Source: Octopus sinensis (taxonomy: Eukaryota). From it: a stretch of 30,334 nucleotides of DNA. This document shows positions 10,526 to 21,790 of this stretch, in pieces. Location of the stretch: assembly GCF_006345805.1 (NCBI RefSeq), contig NW_021832520.1:1-30334 (forward strand), written 5' to 3'. The notes below the pieces were generated by a model. The model saw only the letters and a program-made list of their open reading frames with translations. It made no database searches and had not been told where the DNA came from. A program made the translations under genes and the position numbers. Position 1 is the stretch's first letter. Every line of letters starts with the position of its first letter.

Positions 10526-11827
10526 ATGTCTGAAGAATTAGGAAAATCATCATATGACTGTGACATCTGCAAAGAGTCATTCTTAGAAGAAAGTAAATTC
10601 AATCAACACAAACGTATTCATACCGAAGAGAAACCATATCATTGTGATATCTGTGGTAAATCATTCTCTAATGACAGTAACTTAACTACTCACAAACGTA
10701 TTCATACAGGTGAGAAACCATATTCCTGTAATATCTGTGGTGAATCATTCTCTGAAAGCAGCAGTTTATCTAAACACAAGCGTATTCATACAGGTGAGAA
10801 ACCATATTCCTGTAATATCTGTGGTAAATCATTCTCTGAAAGCAGCAGTTTATCTAAACACAAGCGTATTCATACAGGTGAGAAACCATATTCCTGTAAT
10901 ATCTGTGGTGAATCATTCTCTGAAAGCAGCAGTTTATCTAAACACAAGCGTATTCATACAGGTGAGAAACCATATTCCTGTGATATCTGTGGTAAATCAT
11001 TCTCAGAAAGCAGCAGCTTAACTAATCACAAGCGTATTCATACAGGTGAGAAACCATATTCCTGTGATACCTGTGGAAGATCATTCTCTGAAAGCAGCAG
11101 CTTAACTAAACACAAGCGTATTCATACAGGTGAGAAACCATATTCCTGTGATATCTGTGGTAAATCATTCTCAGAAAGCAGCAGCTTAACTAATCACAAG
11201 CGTATTCATACAGGTGAGAAACCATATTCCTGTGATATCTGTGGTAAATCATTCTCAGAAAGCAGCAGCTTAACTAATCACAAGCGTATTCATACAGGTG
11301 AGAAACCATATTCCTGTGATATCTGTGGTAAATCATTCTCTGAAAGCAGCAGCTTAACTAAACACAAGCGTATTCATACAGGTGAGAAACCATATTCCTG
11401 TGATATCTGTGGTAAATCATTCTCAGAAAGCAGCAGCTTAACTAAACACACACGTATCCATACAGGTGAGAAACCATATTCCTGTGATATCTGTGGTAAA
11501 TCATTCTCTCATAGTGGTAGCTTAACTACTCACAAACGTATTCATACAGAAGAGAAACCATTTCGCTGTGATATCTGTGGTAAATCATTATCTAGTGACA
11601 GTAACTTAGCTAGACACAAACGTATCCATACAGGGGAGAAATCATATCACTGTGATATCTGTGGTAAATCATTCTCTCAAAACAGTGGCTTAACTGAACA
11701 CACACGTATCCATACTGGGGAGAAACCATATCACTGTGATATCTGTGGTAAATCATTCTATCAAAGCGGTCACTTAACTGCTCACAAACGGGTTCATACA
11801 GGAGAGAAGCCATATTCCTGTGATATC

Positions 11828-11854
<27 letters not shown>
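10526..11854 (+). CDS. C2H2 zinc-finger protein 2, 442 aa, 15 fingers, C-terminus cut by a frameshift
   Basis: 15 complete fingers; fingers 3-11 all read FSESSSL(S/T)(K/N)H; finger 16 breaks at gatatctgg (TG missing from gatatctgtgg). Confidence 0.92.
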
Positions 11855-12062
<208 letters not shown>

Positions 12063-12707
12063 CATGGTGATATTTGTTGTATAACATTTCCTCAGAAGGA
12101 CAAAGGACGTATCTCATAAAGACATCCACAGAATATAGAAACTATATGAATGTGACATCTATGGTAAATCTTTGACATGAAATCATCCATTATTGAATCA
12201 AAAGAGCATTGACAGAGGAAGGAAAACATATCACTGTGATGTTAAACCTGAATCATTCTTTCAAAATGGTGAATTAATTATACACAGTCCTGTTAATATG
12301 AAGGATATGCCATACCCTAAGATATCTGATAATGATCAATTATAACATAAATGAATTCAAACAGAAGAGGAACCATATCACTACGATGATGATGATCCTC
12401 ATCATTTAACATTCACTTTTACATTCTTCTATGGATCAGATTGAATTCATTGATACCTTCCCTGTTTCCAAGCAAGGAAATATTTTCCCTGGTGAGACAT
12501 ATTTTACACAGAAGACTGGAAATGAACAACTACACAAGTATGACGGTCATGATGGCCATTTACGGACACCACATAATATCTGGACAAGGGTACACACACA
12601 AACACTTATGTGTATCTGAAGATTTTCTTATAGGAAATATCTTACATGTTTTCTACGCATCTAAAAGTTTCTAATTCCTATTAGGAAATGAAACACATGT
12701 AATGCTG

Positions 12708-12713
12708 AATAAA
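12708..12713 (+). terminator. Putative polyadenylation signal conserved in the 3' flank
   Basis: AATAAA in the same context at 1993-1998, 12708-12713 and 18111-18116; variant AATTAA at 6591-6596. Confidence 0.5.
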
Positions 12714-12808
12714 TAATATCAAACTTTTCTCCACTGTCCTTATGTGTTATGTAATTACTCTGCAAAAAACATCATCCAAACCACCCACAAAAATAATATA
12801 TATGTATA

Positions 12809-13294
12809 CCGTAAATCCTTGAGTATAATCCGCATTGTTTTCCCAAAATTTATCGGTCAAAATCCCTAGTGCGTACTATATACGAGGTTAAAAATGAAAA
12901 ATATTTTCTAAGCAATGTCCGAGTCTCTATTTGCTGTCAGGCAATGCTTATTCAGACACATTTTGTGATGTCGGGCGCGAAAATGCCTTACGCTAAGCCT
13001 GAAAGCAATGAAGTCATAAAATAATCATCCATAACTTGCAATAAGCAACATTTATTAAAATAAAAGTATTCAGAACACAGAATAACATGTAACAAAAACA
13101 ATTTGCAAACATATTTACATTCCCATATAACAGTTAAAAACATCACCATTATTTTATTACGCATGCGTGGAAGTGTTTGTTTGACTAGGTGCTGCTGGCT
13201 TAATTACGTACGACTCAAGTTAGAGAAGGGGTGTGTATTATACACAAGGTTTAGGTGTTATACTCAAGGGCGGACTATACTCGAGGATTTACGG
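12809..13294. mobile_element. Tc1/mariner-type MITE, 486 bp
   Basis: 25-bp TIRs ccgtaaatcct(t/c)gagtata(a/g)tccgc (23/25 match); TA on both sides; no coding capacity. Confidence 0.85.
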
Positions 13295-13324
13295 TATATA
13301 TATATATATAGTAACCAGCTTGTT

Positions 13325-13640
13325 TGTGGTGAAAGTTGGTGTGCATCAGGGATCTGTGTTGTCACCATTGTTGTTTGCAATAGTGGTTGATGTGGAGAAG
13401 GAGAATGCAAGAAAGAGACTGTAAATAGAGATACTGTATGCAGATGACCTTGTTCTGATGAGAGAGAAGTTTTGGAAATGGAAGGAGGCATTTGAAAGCA
13501 AGGGTTTGAAGGTAAACCTTGGGGAGAGAAAGGTGATAGTGAGTGGGGTGGAAGGAGAAGTGTTGGTGAGTAAGGTGGATCCATGTGGTGTCTGTGGGAG
13601 GAGGGTAATGGCAAATGCAGTGTTGTGTATGACATGTGAT
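13325..13640 (+). mobile_element. Decayed non-LTR retrotransposon RT fragment (RTE-like, clade uncertain)
   Basis: VKVGVHQGSVLSPLLF, ILYADDLVL, GLKVN, then PCGVC...LCMTC; contains a stop and deletions. Confidence 0.85.
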
Positions 13641-14849
13641 AACATTGGAAAAATCCACATTTTTCATTTAAAAAATTAGGACCTGGGTTTGCACTCCATT
13701 AGCAAATTTTGTTGCTGGGCCATTGTTCATATGTGTAGGTAAAATCTGTAAAAGAAGAAAACGAGATTTCACATGCACACGAAGCTTGTAAGAACAAATA
13801 TTGGATCTTTTCTGTTTGACAGGCAGTTTTTTCTAGCGGCGTCATATGAAATTGTCACCCATAATTATGACCCTAGTATCGATCTATTGCATTTCAATCT
13901 GTTTTAGGGGTGGTGGGAAGGGTATCTTTTTTTCTTCACAAATGTAAATAACCCCACTCTGTTTCTTAAACGAGGGACATATTCATACGGCACAGAATGT
14001 TTTTTTAACTCAATAGATTTCATTGATTGGTTGAAATTGCAGAAATTGAAGAAAAAACAACAAATATCTTACAAACTGTAGAATTTTCTCAATAAAGCCA
14101 AGAGAAAAAGATGTTTTATAAACAGATTCTACCAGGATACGAAGTTTAAAATTTTTTCGTTTGTCTTCTGCTTAATGGAATTAATACGATTATGCAAAAG
14201 AAAGAATAAAAGAAAATTTTTTAACCAACTCCCTCCATCCTAATTCCAAAACTTTCCACTGTTTTTCTTTTTTAATTCCTAGTTTTAACTGGTGAACCTC
14301 ATGAGGGTGCTTGGTTTGTTCCAGCGCACCACCCGTTATAACGCTGTAACCTTGCTGCCGTGCCTCAATAGTCTTTGGTGGGGTTCCACAGCGCCCCAAA
14401 ATTTGCAAACGAAGGAGTTGAATTCGTTTCTTTTTTACCTTGTTTTAAATACTTCAAAATCCAAATTGCCAAAATATGGGCCAAAATTTTTATGCGTGCT
14501 AGAAACGGTTTAAAAATGTCGGAGGTAAAGAACGAGTCCACCACCCGTTTTCGGCCTAACTAAAACCAACCCTAAAGACCGGGTGTACATATTCTTTACT
14601 ATCGCCGTTAAAAATTAAGGAAATAGATTTGGGGGAGATCTGTTATTATGACTGACTTTTATTTCGTTATTCTAATATCTTTCGAAACTTATGCATGTAT
14701 AAATACATACAATATATATATATAAACATATACACATAGATTTTTACGGAATTAGCTTTATATACATCCTTGTATGTTGACATTATTACCCGGGAACGAA
14801 ATGGAAAGAAAAAAGTGGAACCGGTGTAAAAAAAAAGAGGGTAGGGAAC

Positions 14850-15095
14850 GAATATGAGAACAAAAAGGCCCAGAAAGCAACGGGGGTGGGGTGAGGCCTT
14901 CGGAAAATTCACAAGATCCAATGCTTTTCCCTCATAACTTCAAAATGAGTTTTTAAAAATGAAATTTTATATAAATACCATTCAGACGGTATAGATTAAG
15001 ATTATATAGAAATTTGTGGGGAAAACCTTTTCCAAGGGGGTGGGGAGAGGACGTCGGATAATTCACAAGATCCGAGTTTTTCCCTCGTAACTTTG
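14850..15095 (-). repeat. Two diverged units related to the 76-420 tandem repeat, opposite orientation
   Basis: ggggtggggtgaggccttcggaaaatt (about 14883) and ggggtggggagaggacgtcggataatt (about 15037) match the reverse complement of 164-190; spacing about 154 bp. Confidence 0.7.
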
Positions 15096-15560
15096 AGGAA
15101 AATATAATCCTTTTGAAATTACAAATTAGGATTTTCCTCAGGAACTTTGATGCTAAACATCCCTTCGAAGGGTTCAGGTCTTTACTTCTACCGTGTTTAT
15201 ATATGTATATATGTATATATATATATATATACATATATAGGTAAACGTTAAAAAAACACAAACTGGGACAAGAACGTGAAACATTTTGAAGACGACAAAA
15301 AAACACATAGACGGGACTTTCGAAGATCTCAGTCATCAGTCAAGAACCAGATCATCTTCGCAATTTCGGCTGATTAATCTTGAGATTGCTCCAATCTGGG
15401 CAGCCCGCCAAGGGAAATCTAAGCCAATCGCATTAGATTCCTTGGAAGAAAACCTCGAAAGTATACAACACGGTGACGGAAAAACGGACGATGTTACTCG
15501 AAAAAAAATTTCAAAAGTACGTAAAAACAATAAAGATAGCACGGATAAAAATACAAAATA

Positions 15561-15739
15561 ACGTGCTTAGCAGTATTTTGTCTGTCTTTACGTTCTCAGT
15601 TCAAATTCCGCCAAGGTCGATTTTGCCCTTCATCCTTTCGGGGTCGATAAGTTAAGTACGAGTTGTGTACTGGGATCAATCTAATTGACTGGCCCTTCCT
15701 CAAAAACTTCGAGCTTTGTGCCTTAGAGTAGAAAAGAAT
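15561..15739 (+). mobile_element. 5'-truncated SINE of a family I recall as abundant in octopus
   Basis: B-box-like gttcaaattcc then gtcgattttgcccttcatcctttcggggtcgataag...agagtagaaaagaat; family assignment is from memory. Confidence 0.75.
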
Positions 15740-16581
15740 GTTGATTCTTTACTGACTTTTCTCCCTGTTTCATCCTCAACAAAATATTGACATTAAGCTG
15801 CCCGTATCTATGTATTTGTGTATTAACGAATGTACAGAATGAGGCAGAGGAGGAGTGATGTCTATGTTACCAAACAAAGCTGTGTTAATACGACACATGA
15901 CTGAGGTGAAACCATCAGATATCTAGTGTCATTGACATGTATATTGGTGTGTGTCTAGGACAGACGCAATGTCCAGGAGGTGTTATTACGATAGATATGT
16001 CTGTGATATAAACCTCTTGAAAACAGAGAGATGGGATAAATTTAATAGTTCAGATAAAGAATTACTTCTACAATTTATGAAAACAGAAATGTCGTAAATT
16101 TGCACTTTTGAATATCTGCCTTTTAAACATACTTGTCTTATATTATTTTTTCTATTCTTTCAGAAAAATCACATGAAATTGGCTAAAAAGTATCTTTTAC
16201 TTTTAAAGAATCATCAATATGTATCATGTTTGAAAGACTCTGCAAAGATATTCTACAAACGTATAATCCTGCTTCTAGAAAACATTGCTGAGTTACAGTA
16301 AAATATTTCCTCTGAGAGAGAGAAAGCATTTCTTTACTTCTGTGTCTGAAATGTGCAAGAGATAATTTTCTCTTTTAAATATACTTTGATGGATTTACAA
16401 AGGTATTTGTAGCATTTCTAAATATTAAGATCACATTTAGAAGAAAAGTGATATTTGTTTGGAATAAACTATAAAAACAAAAAGAAGAAAAATATCAATA
16501 TATTTTGGTGGGAAGAGAAATATTTTTGAAAATTTATTGAAGTGTAAAACTTTAAGGATTCATTTTATTTTTCTTGAAGAG

Positions 16582-17289
16582 ATGTCTGAAGAATTAAGAA
16601 AATCATCGTATGACTGTGACATCTGCAAAGAGTCATTCCTAGAAGAAAGTAAATTCAGTCAACACAAACAAATTCATACAGGGGAACAACCATACAAATG
16701 TGATATCTGTGGTAAATCATTCAGTCGAAGAGGTAGCTTAGCTACTCACAAACAGCTTCATATAGGGAAGAAACCCTATCAGTGTGATATCTGTGGTAAA
16801 TCATTCTCTGTTGGCAGTAGCTTAACTCGTCATAAATGTATCCATACAGGAGAGAAACCATATCACTGTGATTTATGTGGTAAATCTTTCTCTGAAAATG
16901 GTAGCTTAGCTCAACACAGATGTATCCATACAGGAGAGAAACCTTATCCCTGTGATATCTGTGGTAAATCATTCTCTGTTGGCAGTAGCTTAACTCGTCA
17001 TAAATGTATCCATACAGGAGAGAAACCATATCACTGTGATTTATGTGGTAAATCTTTCTCTGAAAACGGTAGCTTAGCTCAACACAAACGTATTCATACA
17101 GGGGAGAAACCATATTCCTGTGATATCTGTGGTGAATCATTCTATCACAGAGGTAACTTTACTACTTACTCAAGGGTTCATACAGGGGAGAAGCCATATC
17201 ACTGTGACATCTGTGATAAATCATTCTCTGTTAGCAGTTTCCTAACTAGACACAAGCGTATTCATGCAGTGGAGAAAACCTCCCCGTGA
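16582..17289 (+). CDS. C2H2 zinc-finger protein 3, 235 aa, 8 fingers (finger 7 degenerate, H to Y)
   Basis: ATG at 16582 is homologous to the starts of genes 1 and 2 (MSEELRKSSYD); fingers 3-4 are duplicated as 5-6. Confidence 0.88.
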   Translation: MSEELRKSSYDCDICKESFLEESKFSQHKQIHTGEQPYKCDICGKSFSRRGSLATHKQLHIGKKPYQCDICGKSFSVGSSLTRHKCIHTGEKPYHCDLCGKSFSENGSLAQHRCIHTGEKPYPCDICGKSFSVGSSLTRHKCIHTGEKPYHCDLCGKSFSENGSLAQHKRIHTGEKPYSCDICGESFYHRGNFTTYSRVHTGEKPYHCDICDKSFSVSSFLTRHKRIHAVEKTSP

Positions 17290-17790
17290 TATCAGTGGCA
17301 AATCATTCTATCAAAGAAGTAACTTAACTACTCAACATGGGTTCATACAGAGGAGAAACCATATCAATGTCATGTCTGTAGTAGATCATTCTCTTGTACT
17401 TACTGCTTAGATCAGTGGTTTTCGACCAGAGTTCCGTGGAACCTAAGGGTTCCGCCAGTACGGTCCAGGGGTTCCGCAAGAAGTTACAAAAATGCTAAAA
17501 TCGACAGTAATTTTTAATTCTCCTGTGCAGATATGTGTGCATAAGACAATTAAATTATTGCACAGGGGTTCCTCGAGCCATTGGAATGTTTCCCTGTGGT
17601 TCCACTGCAGCAAAAAGGTTGAAAAGCACTGGCTTAGATATTCAGAAATATACCCATACAGGAGACAAGGAATACCACTGTGCCATGTATGGTAAATCAT
17701 TCTCTTAGTAGTTGCCTAACTAAACAGAAGTGTATTCATACACTGGAGAAACCATATCACTGTCGTATCTGTGGTAAATCATCATCCTTT
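17290..17790 (+). pseudogene. Decayed fingers after ZNF gene 3, interrupted by a hAT MITE
   Basis: gaggagaaaccatatcaatgtcatgtctgt and ctggagaaaccatatcactgtcgtatctgtggtaaatca remain, with stops and indels. Confidence 0.8.
17413..17631. mobile_element. hAT-type MITE, 219 bp
   Basis: TIRs cagtg(g/c)ttttc(g/a)acc (13/15 match); exact 8-bp TSD gcttagat at 17405-17412 and 17632-17639. Confidence 0.92.
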
Positions 17791-18231
17791 AAAATTCAGT
17801 TATTCATGCTTCTGTCTATCACACGGACTTCATTGATGGAGATTCTCTTCACCCGGGTACCTTTCCTGTTGCCAATCCCCAAATGTTTCCAAGCAAGGAA
17901 ACGTTTTCCATGGTGAGACGTATTCGACACAGAAGACTGGAAATGACCAACTGCATTTGTATGACGGTCATTTACAAACATCACATCTGGACAAGCGTAC
18001 ACACACACATATGTATGTCTGGAGAATTTCTTATAGGAAATATTTTACATGTTTTCTCTTCATCTAAAAGTTTGTGATTCCTATTAGGAAATGAAACACA
18101 TGTAATGCTGAATAAATGATATCAAACTTTTATCCAGTCTCCTTATGTGATATTTAATTACTCTGTAAAAAAAAATAACCAAACTTAATGCAAAAATAAT
18201 ATGTGTATATATCCTCGTTTTTTCTGTGTTC

Positions 18232-18267
18232 CTTTCTGTAGAAGAGCAAAGGCTCGAAACGTAAAAG
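18232..18267 (+). ncRNA. Degenerate minimal type I hammerhead-ribozyme motif, Penelope-like
   Basis: cttt-CTGTAGA-a-gagc(aaag)gctc-GAAA-CGT-A-aaag: core with A6 changed to U, 4-bp stem II, palindromic ACGU stem III, 4-bp stem I. Confidence 0.5.
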
Positions 18268-18606
18268 ACTTTTTCTATTCCTGAGCACTATACTAATACA
18301 ACTGTTTGTTTTTTTCGTAAACTCTCCCTATATATATATATATAAATAGATAGATATATATAAATATATAACCAGCTTCTCTCTCTCCAACTGGTATACT
18401 TTTGTTATGTAGTGGAGTAGGCATGATAGGGATGGAGGAGTGAAGAAGAAGTAGAGAAAGGTGATCTTATAATAATTCTGCATGTCATTATGTTACTTAG
18501 CCTGTCAATAACACTTTCAGCTATTAGAGAAAAAGTGGGAGAAAGAAAAGAAGATAAGGTTAGGAATGAGGTGGGAAGAGGAAGAAAAGACTCAGAAAGA
18601 AGTGTG

Positions 18607-19768
18607 CAAATCCTTCCTGTCTTTCCTAAAGGGAGCAGGGCTGATGACGTGCACGCATGCCTTAAGTCATCCATGTTGTGGCCCCAGGTTAAGACCTTAA
18701 GCCTAAGCACAAACATGCATGCACACTTGCTTGGTGATAGAATGTCAGCAGCATTTGCTGAAGAAATTTTAGCCCTTGGAGAAGGCAAGGTCCCTAGGAG
18801 TGATAGGGGCAACATATCAGTCTATGAACTGTGCAACTCCATGAACAACTCTTCCGGTCTTTTGGAAACAGTGTTCCCCAATCTGGAAAGTAATTATGCA
18901 GACATCAATTGGCTCAGTGAAAGAACCATCCTGGCCCCACAAAACGTAGGTGTCAGTGCTATCAATGACCAGCTCATATGACGAATTCCAGGTGAGGAGT
19001 ACATCTACAAATCAATTGACCGGACGTCTGACACCCAAGGCATTGTCATTTACCCTAACAAGTTTCTCAACTCATTGGAGCCAGCTAGGCTTCCATCTCA
19101 CATCGTTAGGCTAAGGGTTGGATGCCCAATTAGGCTAATCAGAAACTTACTTCTGCCTAAACAGTGCAACAGGACCCACTTAGTAATCAAGTCCCTGACG
19201 CCCCACTTGACTGAGGCCACCATTGTAACAGGGTGCAGGAGGGGTGAAAATGTTTTCATTTCAAGGATGCAGCTTTATCCCCCACGGTCAGACATGCCGG
19301 TGAAGTTCTGCAGATTGCAATGTCCGGTGAGACCATGCTTCACCATGTCCATCAACAAATCCCAAGGCCAAACACCATCGATTTGGGGTTTTCCATTCAA
19401 TGAGGATAAATAATTGATAAACTATTTCCTTATAGGGTTTCTGCTAAAATTGGCTACACCCCATTTTCAACCATAACTTTTAACAATTTTGACATATTTT
19501 GCTGAAACTCGATGCCAGCACTACTTAGGACTCATGGGATCTTTGAATGCTTTATGTTCTCAACAAAAAATTAAATAAAAAACCATTAGTAGAAATATTC
19601 GATAAACTTATTCCTTATGGTATTTCCCAATCAAATTGCCTGCGATCCTAATTTCAGCAGATTTCGCACGAATGCGAAGTCCTTGTCACTTATTTTGGTT
19701 TGAAATAAATCACTTCATCACTTAATGATCCGGTTTTAATACCGAGCAACGCCGGGTTATACTGCTAC
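18607..19768 (+). mobile_element. Helitron fragment: PIF1-type helicase C-terminal half plus putative 3' terminus
   Basis: QILPV, WLSERTILAPQN, YKSID, FLNSL, VGCPIRLIRNL and TMSINKSQGQT in one frame with one stop at 18979-18981; end motif ccgagcaacgccggg...ctgctac (19741-19768) resembles the hairpin plus CTRR terminus. Confidence 0.85.
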
Positions 19769-20012
19769 TCAAATATATATCAGTAAAGCCGTTAACATTT
19801 CAAGACAAGGGTTAGTTCCCCTTGTTAACTTTCATCTGCGTTTTGAGAAATTTGCTGCCTTTTGTTGAGAGAGTTCGATTTTTTGCTCATCGTTGTTTGT
19901 GTTAATTGAACAGTGCCCGTTGTGTAACGGTAATTTTAGCCCTACGGGGCAGAAAATTCTCTGTTTAAAATTGTTATTACCTTCGAGGTAATTTTTGAAA
20001 CATTTTTGAGAA

Positions 20013-21168
20013 ATGGATTTCGACTTGGCGTCGAAGAATGATTTTCCCGCGATGGGAACAAGTGAATTAAAGGACACTGAAGTAACAAAACAGTCTTTTT
20101 CGGCCGCGGTAGGCGGAACAATGATGGACGTTGAATTCAAGATCGAACAACTATTCGAATTTCGGAACTTTGTAAAAATGGAAGGAAACGAAATCAAACT
20201 TGTACCGCCGCAAGCGAAGGTACAAGAAATAAAGGAAAAGACAGTTATATACAAAGTGTATAGCTACAAAGAAAAAAAAATTATGGACGTTAGAAACGAG
20301 ATAGTCGAAAAGTGCTTGTCCCGGTGTGGGACAAAATTCGCCATGTCGTTCGAGGTGCTCGCAGCGCTACTGTTGAAGCACATTTTGACTCGGCTGAGGT
20401 AGCAAGAGAGGTGTCATCAATGACCCTGAAAAATGATGATATCATGTTGCTACCCTCGTATATGGGAAAAAGAACAGCTAAACTGCTGGTGGAGGACATA
20501 CCGAGAGGGTATGACATAATGTGGGTAGCAGCGGCGGTCCTGCACAATGTAGAGCGGGAAGTTTCGATTCTGCAGATGAGAAGGAAAGAGGAGGTACGCT
20601 GGAAGGGACAGACGCTGGAATTCCTCGTTCAGGCAGAAAACAAGATATTGGAGAACCTGCCCGATAGGATATTTAACGAGGATAGAACGTCCATGAGAGT
20701 GTCAGTGGAGGGACGCAGACCTAGGTGCTTTAAATGTGGCGAGAAGGGTCACGTCCGCTCGAACTGCTTAAAAAAAAAGAAAACCAACGAAGCCCCTCCT
20801 CAAAGTGCTTCAAACACTGAAGGGAAGAAGGCGGAAAAAGAAAACAAGACGACGACAAGCAAAGAAACAGAAACGGAGGATTGTATCGAACAAATGGATT
20901 ACACACAGGTGACACACAAAAGAAAAAAAGACAACACCCTGGACTCCCCTCCCCAAACAAGGAAAAAATCAGCAAGCACCGCAGACATACACACAAAGCA
21001 AATTCCCCAGCCCTACCCCCACGGCACTGTATTCATTGGAAAACAGTTCGCCAAGTCCCTCCCCATAAAACAAGATGTGAAAAAGTCTTTAAAAAAAAAT
21101 AAGATCATAGCATTTGATGAAAAAAACGGGAGCGTATATAAATACTTTAAATTTTCCAAATTTAAACT
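20013..21168 (+). CDS. LINE ORF1, 5' part (one frameshift near 20320)
   Basis: The 129-aa and 288-aa ORFs join if one C is added at tgtcccgg (IVEKCLSPVWDKIRH); contains CFKCGEKGHVRSNC (CX2CX4HX4C). Confidence 0.8.
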
Positions 21169-21586
21169 TGTGACGTGAAAGGATCTATCATCGAAGCACT
21201 GGCAGGGTGTCGAGATCCTTTCTAGTCACATACAAAAATTCTTGTAGAAAACAAACAGACGAAACTCAGGTTAAAGGTGAACAGACAACTTGGTTTATTG
21301 ATTCATGGTTGTACGTTGTCTGATGGGGGAATAGACAGCCTCTGAGATACTGCTGGTGTTGGTCGTTGAGGTTGGTTGAAGTTGGTTGAAGCTGGTGTGT
21401 GGCTGTCAGAGCCAGGAAAACCGTGACCGATCGCAGTGCTGTCTTGAGCCGAAGAGAGCGATTTGAGGTTCGCGGGCTCGAGAGATGTTTTCCCGCACAT
21501 GCGCATGGGGAAGACTTCCGGTGGCCATCCGGAAGTAGTCCCATTCTGCGCATGCGCGCCGAACCCTACACAGTAGCATCACTACA
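21169..21586 (-). repeat. 3' LTR, 418 bp
   Basis: Matches 26100-26517 with 2 substitutions seen; minus-strand AATAAA at 21294-21299. Confidence 0.97.
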
Positions 21587-21598
21587 GGGCTCCCCTCC
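21587..21598 (-). promoter_or_regulatory. Polypurine tract
   Basis: Minus strand reads ggaggggagccc immediately before the TG of the 3' LTR. Confidence 0.8.
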
Positions 21599-21790
21599 GA
21601 GTGCGAAGTACGGCAACCAGAATATTGTGGTGGTGCTGCAGAAAACAGAAGGCTTGCCGATCCCCCAGAAGACTTGGTACATACTATTATACAATAAGAA
21701 ACATTTTAAAGTTAAATGTAAATTGTTTTTGAAAGTTTTTGTAAATTGTTTTTGAAATACCATAAGGAATAAGTTTATCGAATATTTCTA

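Noticed and set aside
10715-11470. Regular repeats resembling a CRISPR array
   Set aside because: Contiguous in-frame 84-bp coding units with no unique spacers, in eukaryotic DNA.
15200-15238. (TA)n tracts here and at about 13295, 14710 and 18330-18370
   Set aside because: Ordinary microsatellites, noted only as insertion sites.
15286-15561. 91-aa ORF upstream of gene 3
   Set aside because: No domain and no paralogue in the other units.
16537-16581. N-terminal extension of ZNF gene 3 from the ORF track
   Set aside because: Starts at a non-ATG codon; the paralogues start at the ATG equivalent to 16582.
21266-21553. 95-aa ORF duplicated at 26197-26484, and other LTR ORFs
   Set aside because: The duplication reflects LTR identity; no recognisable domain.
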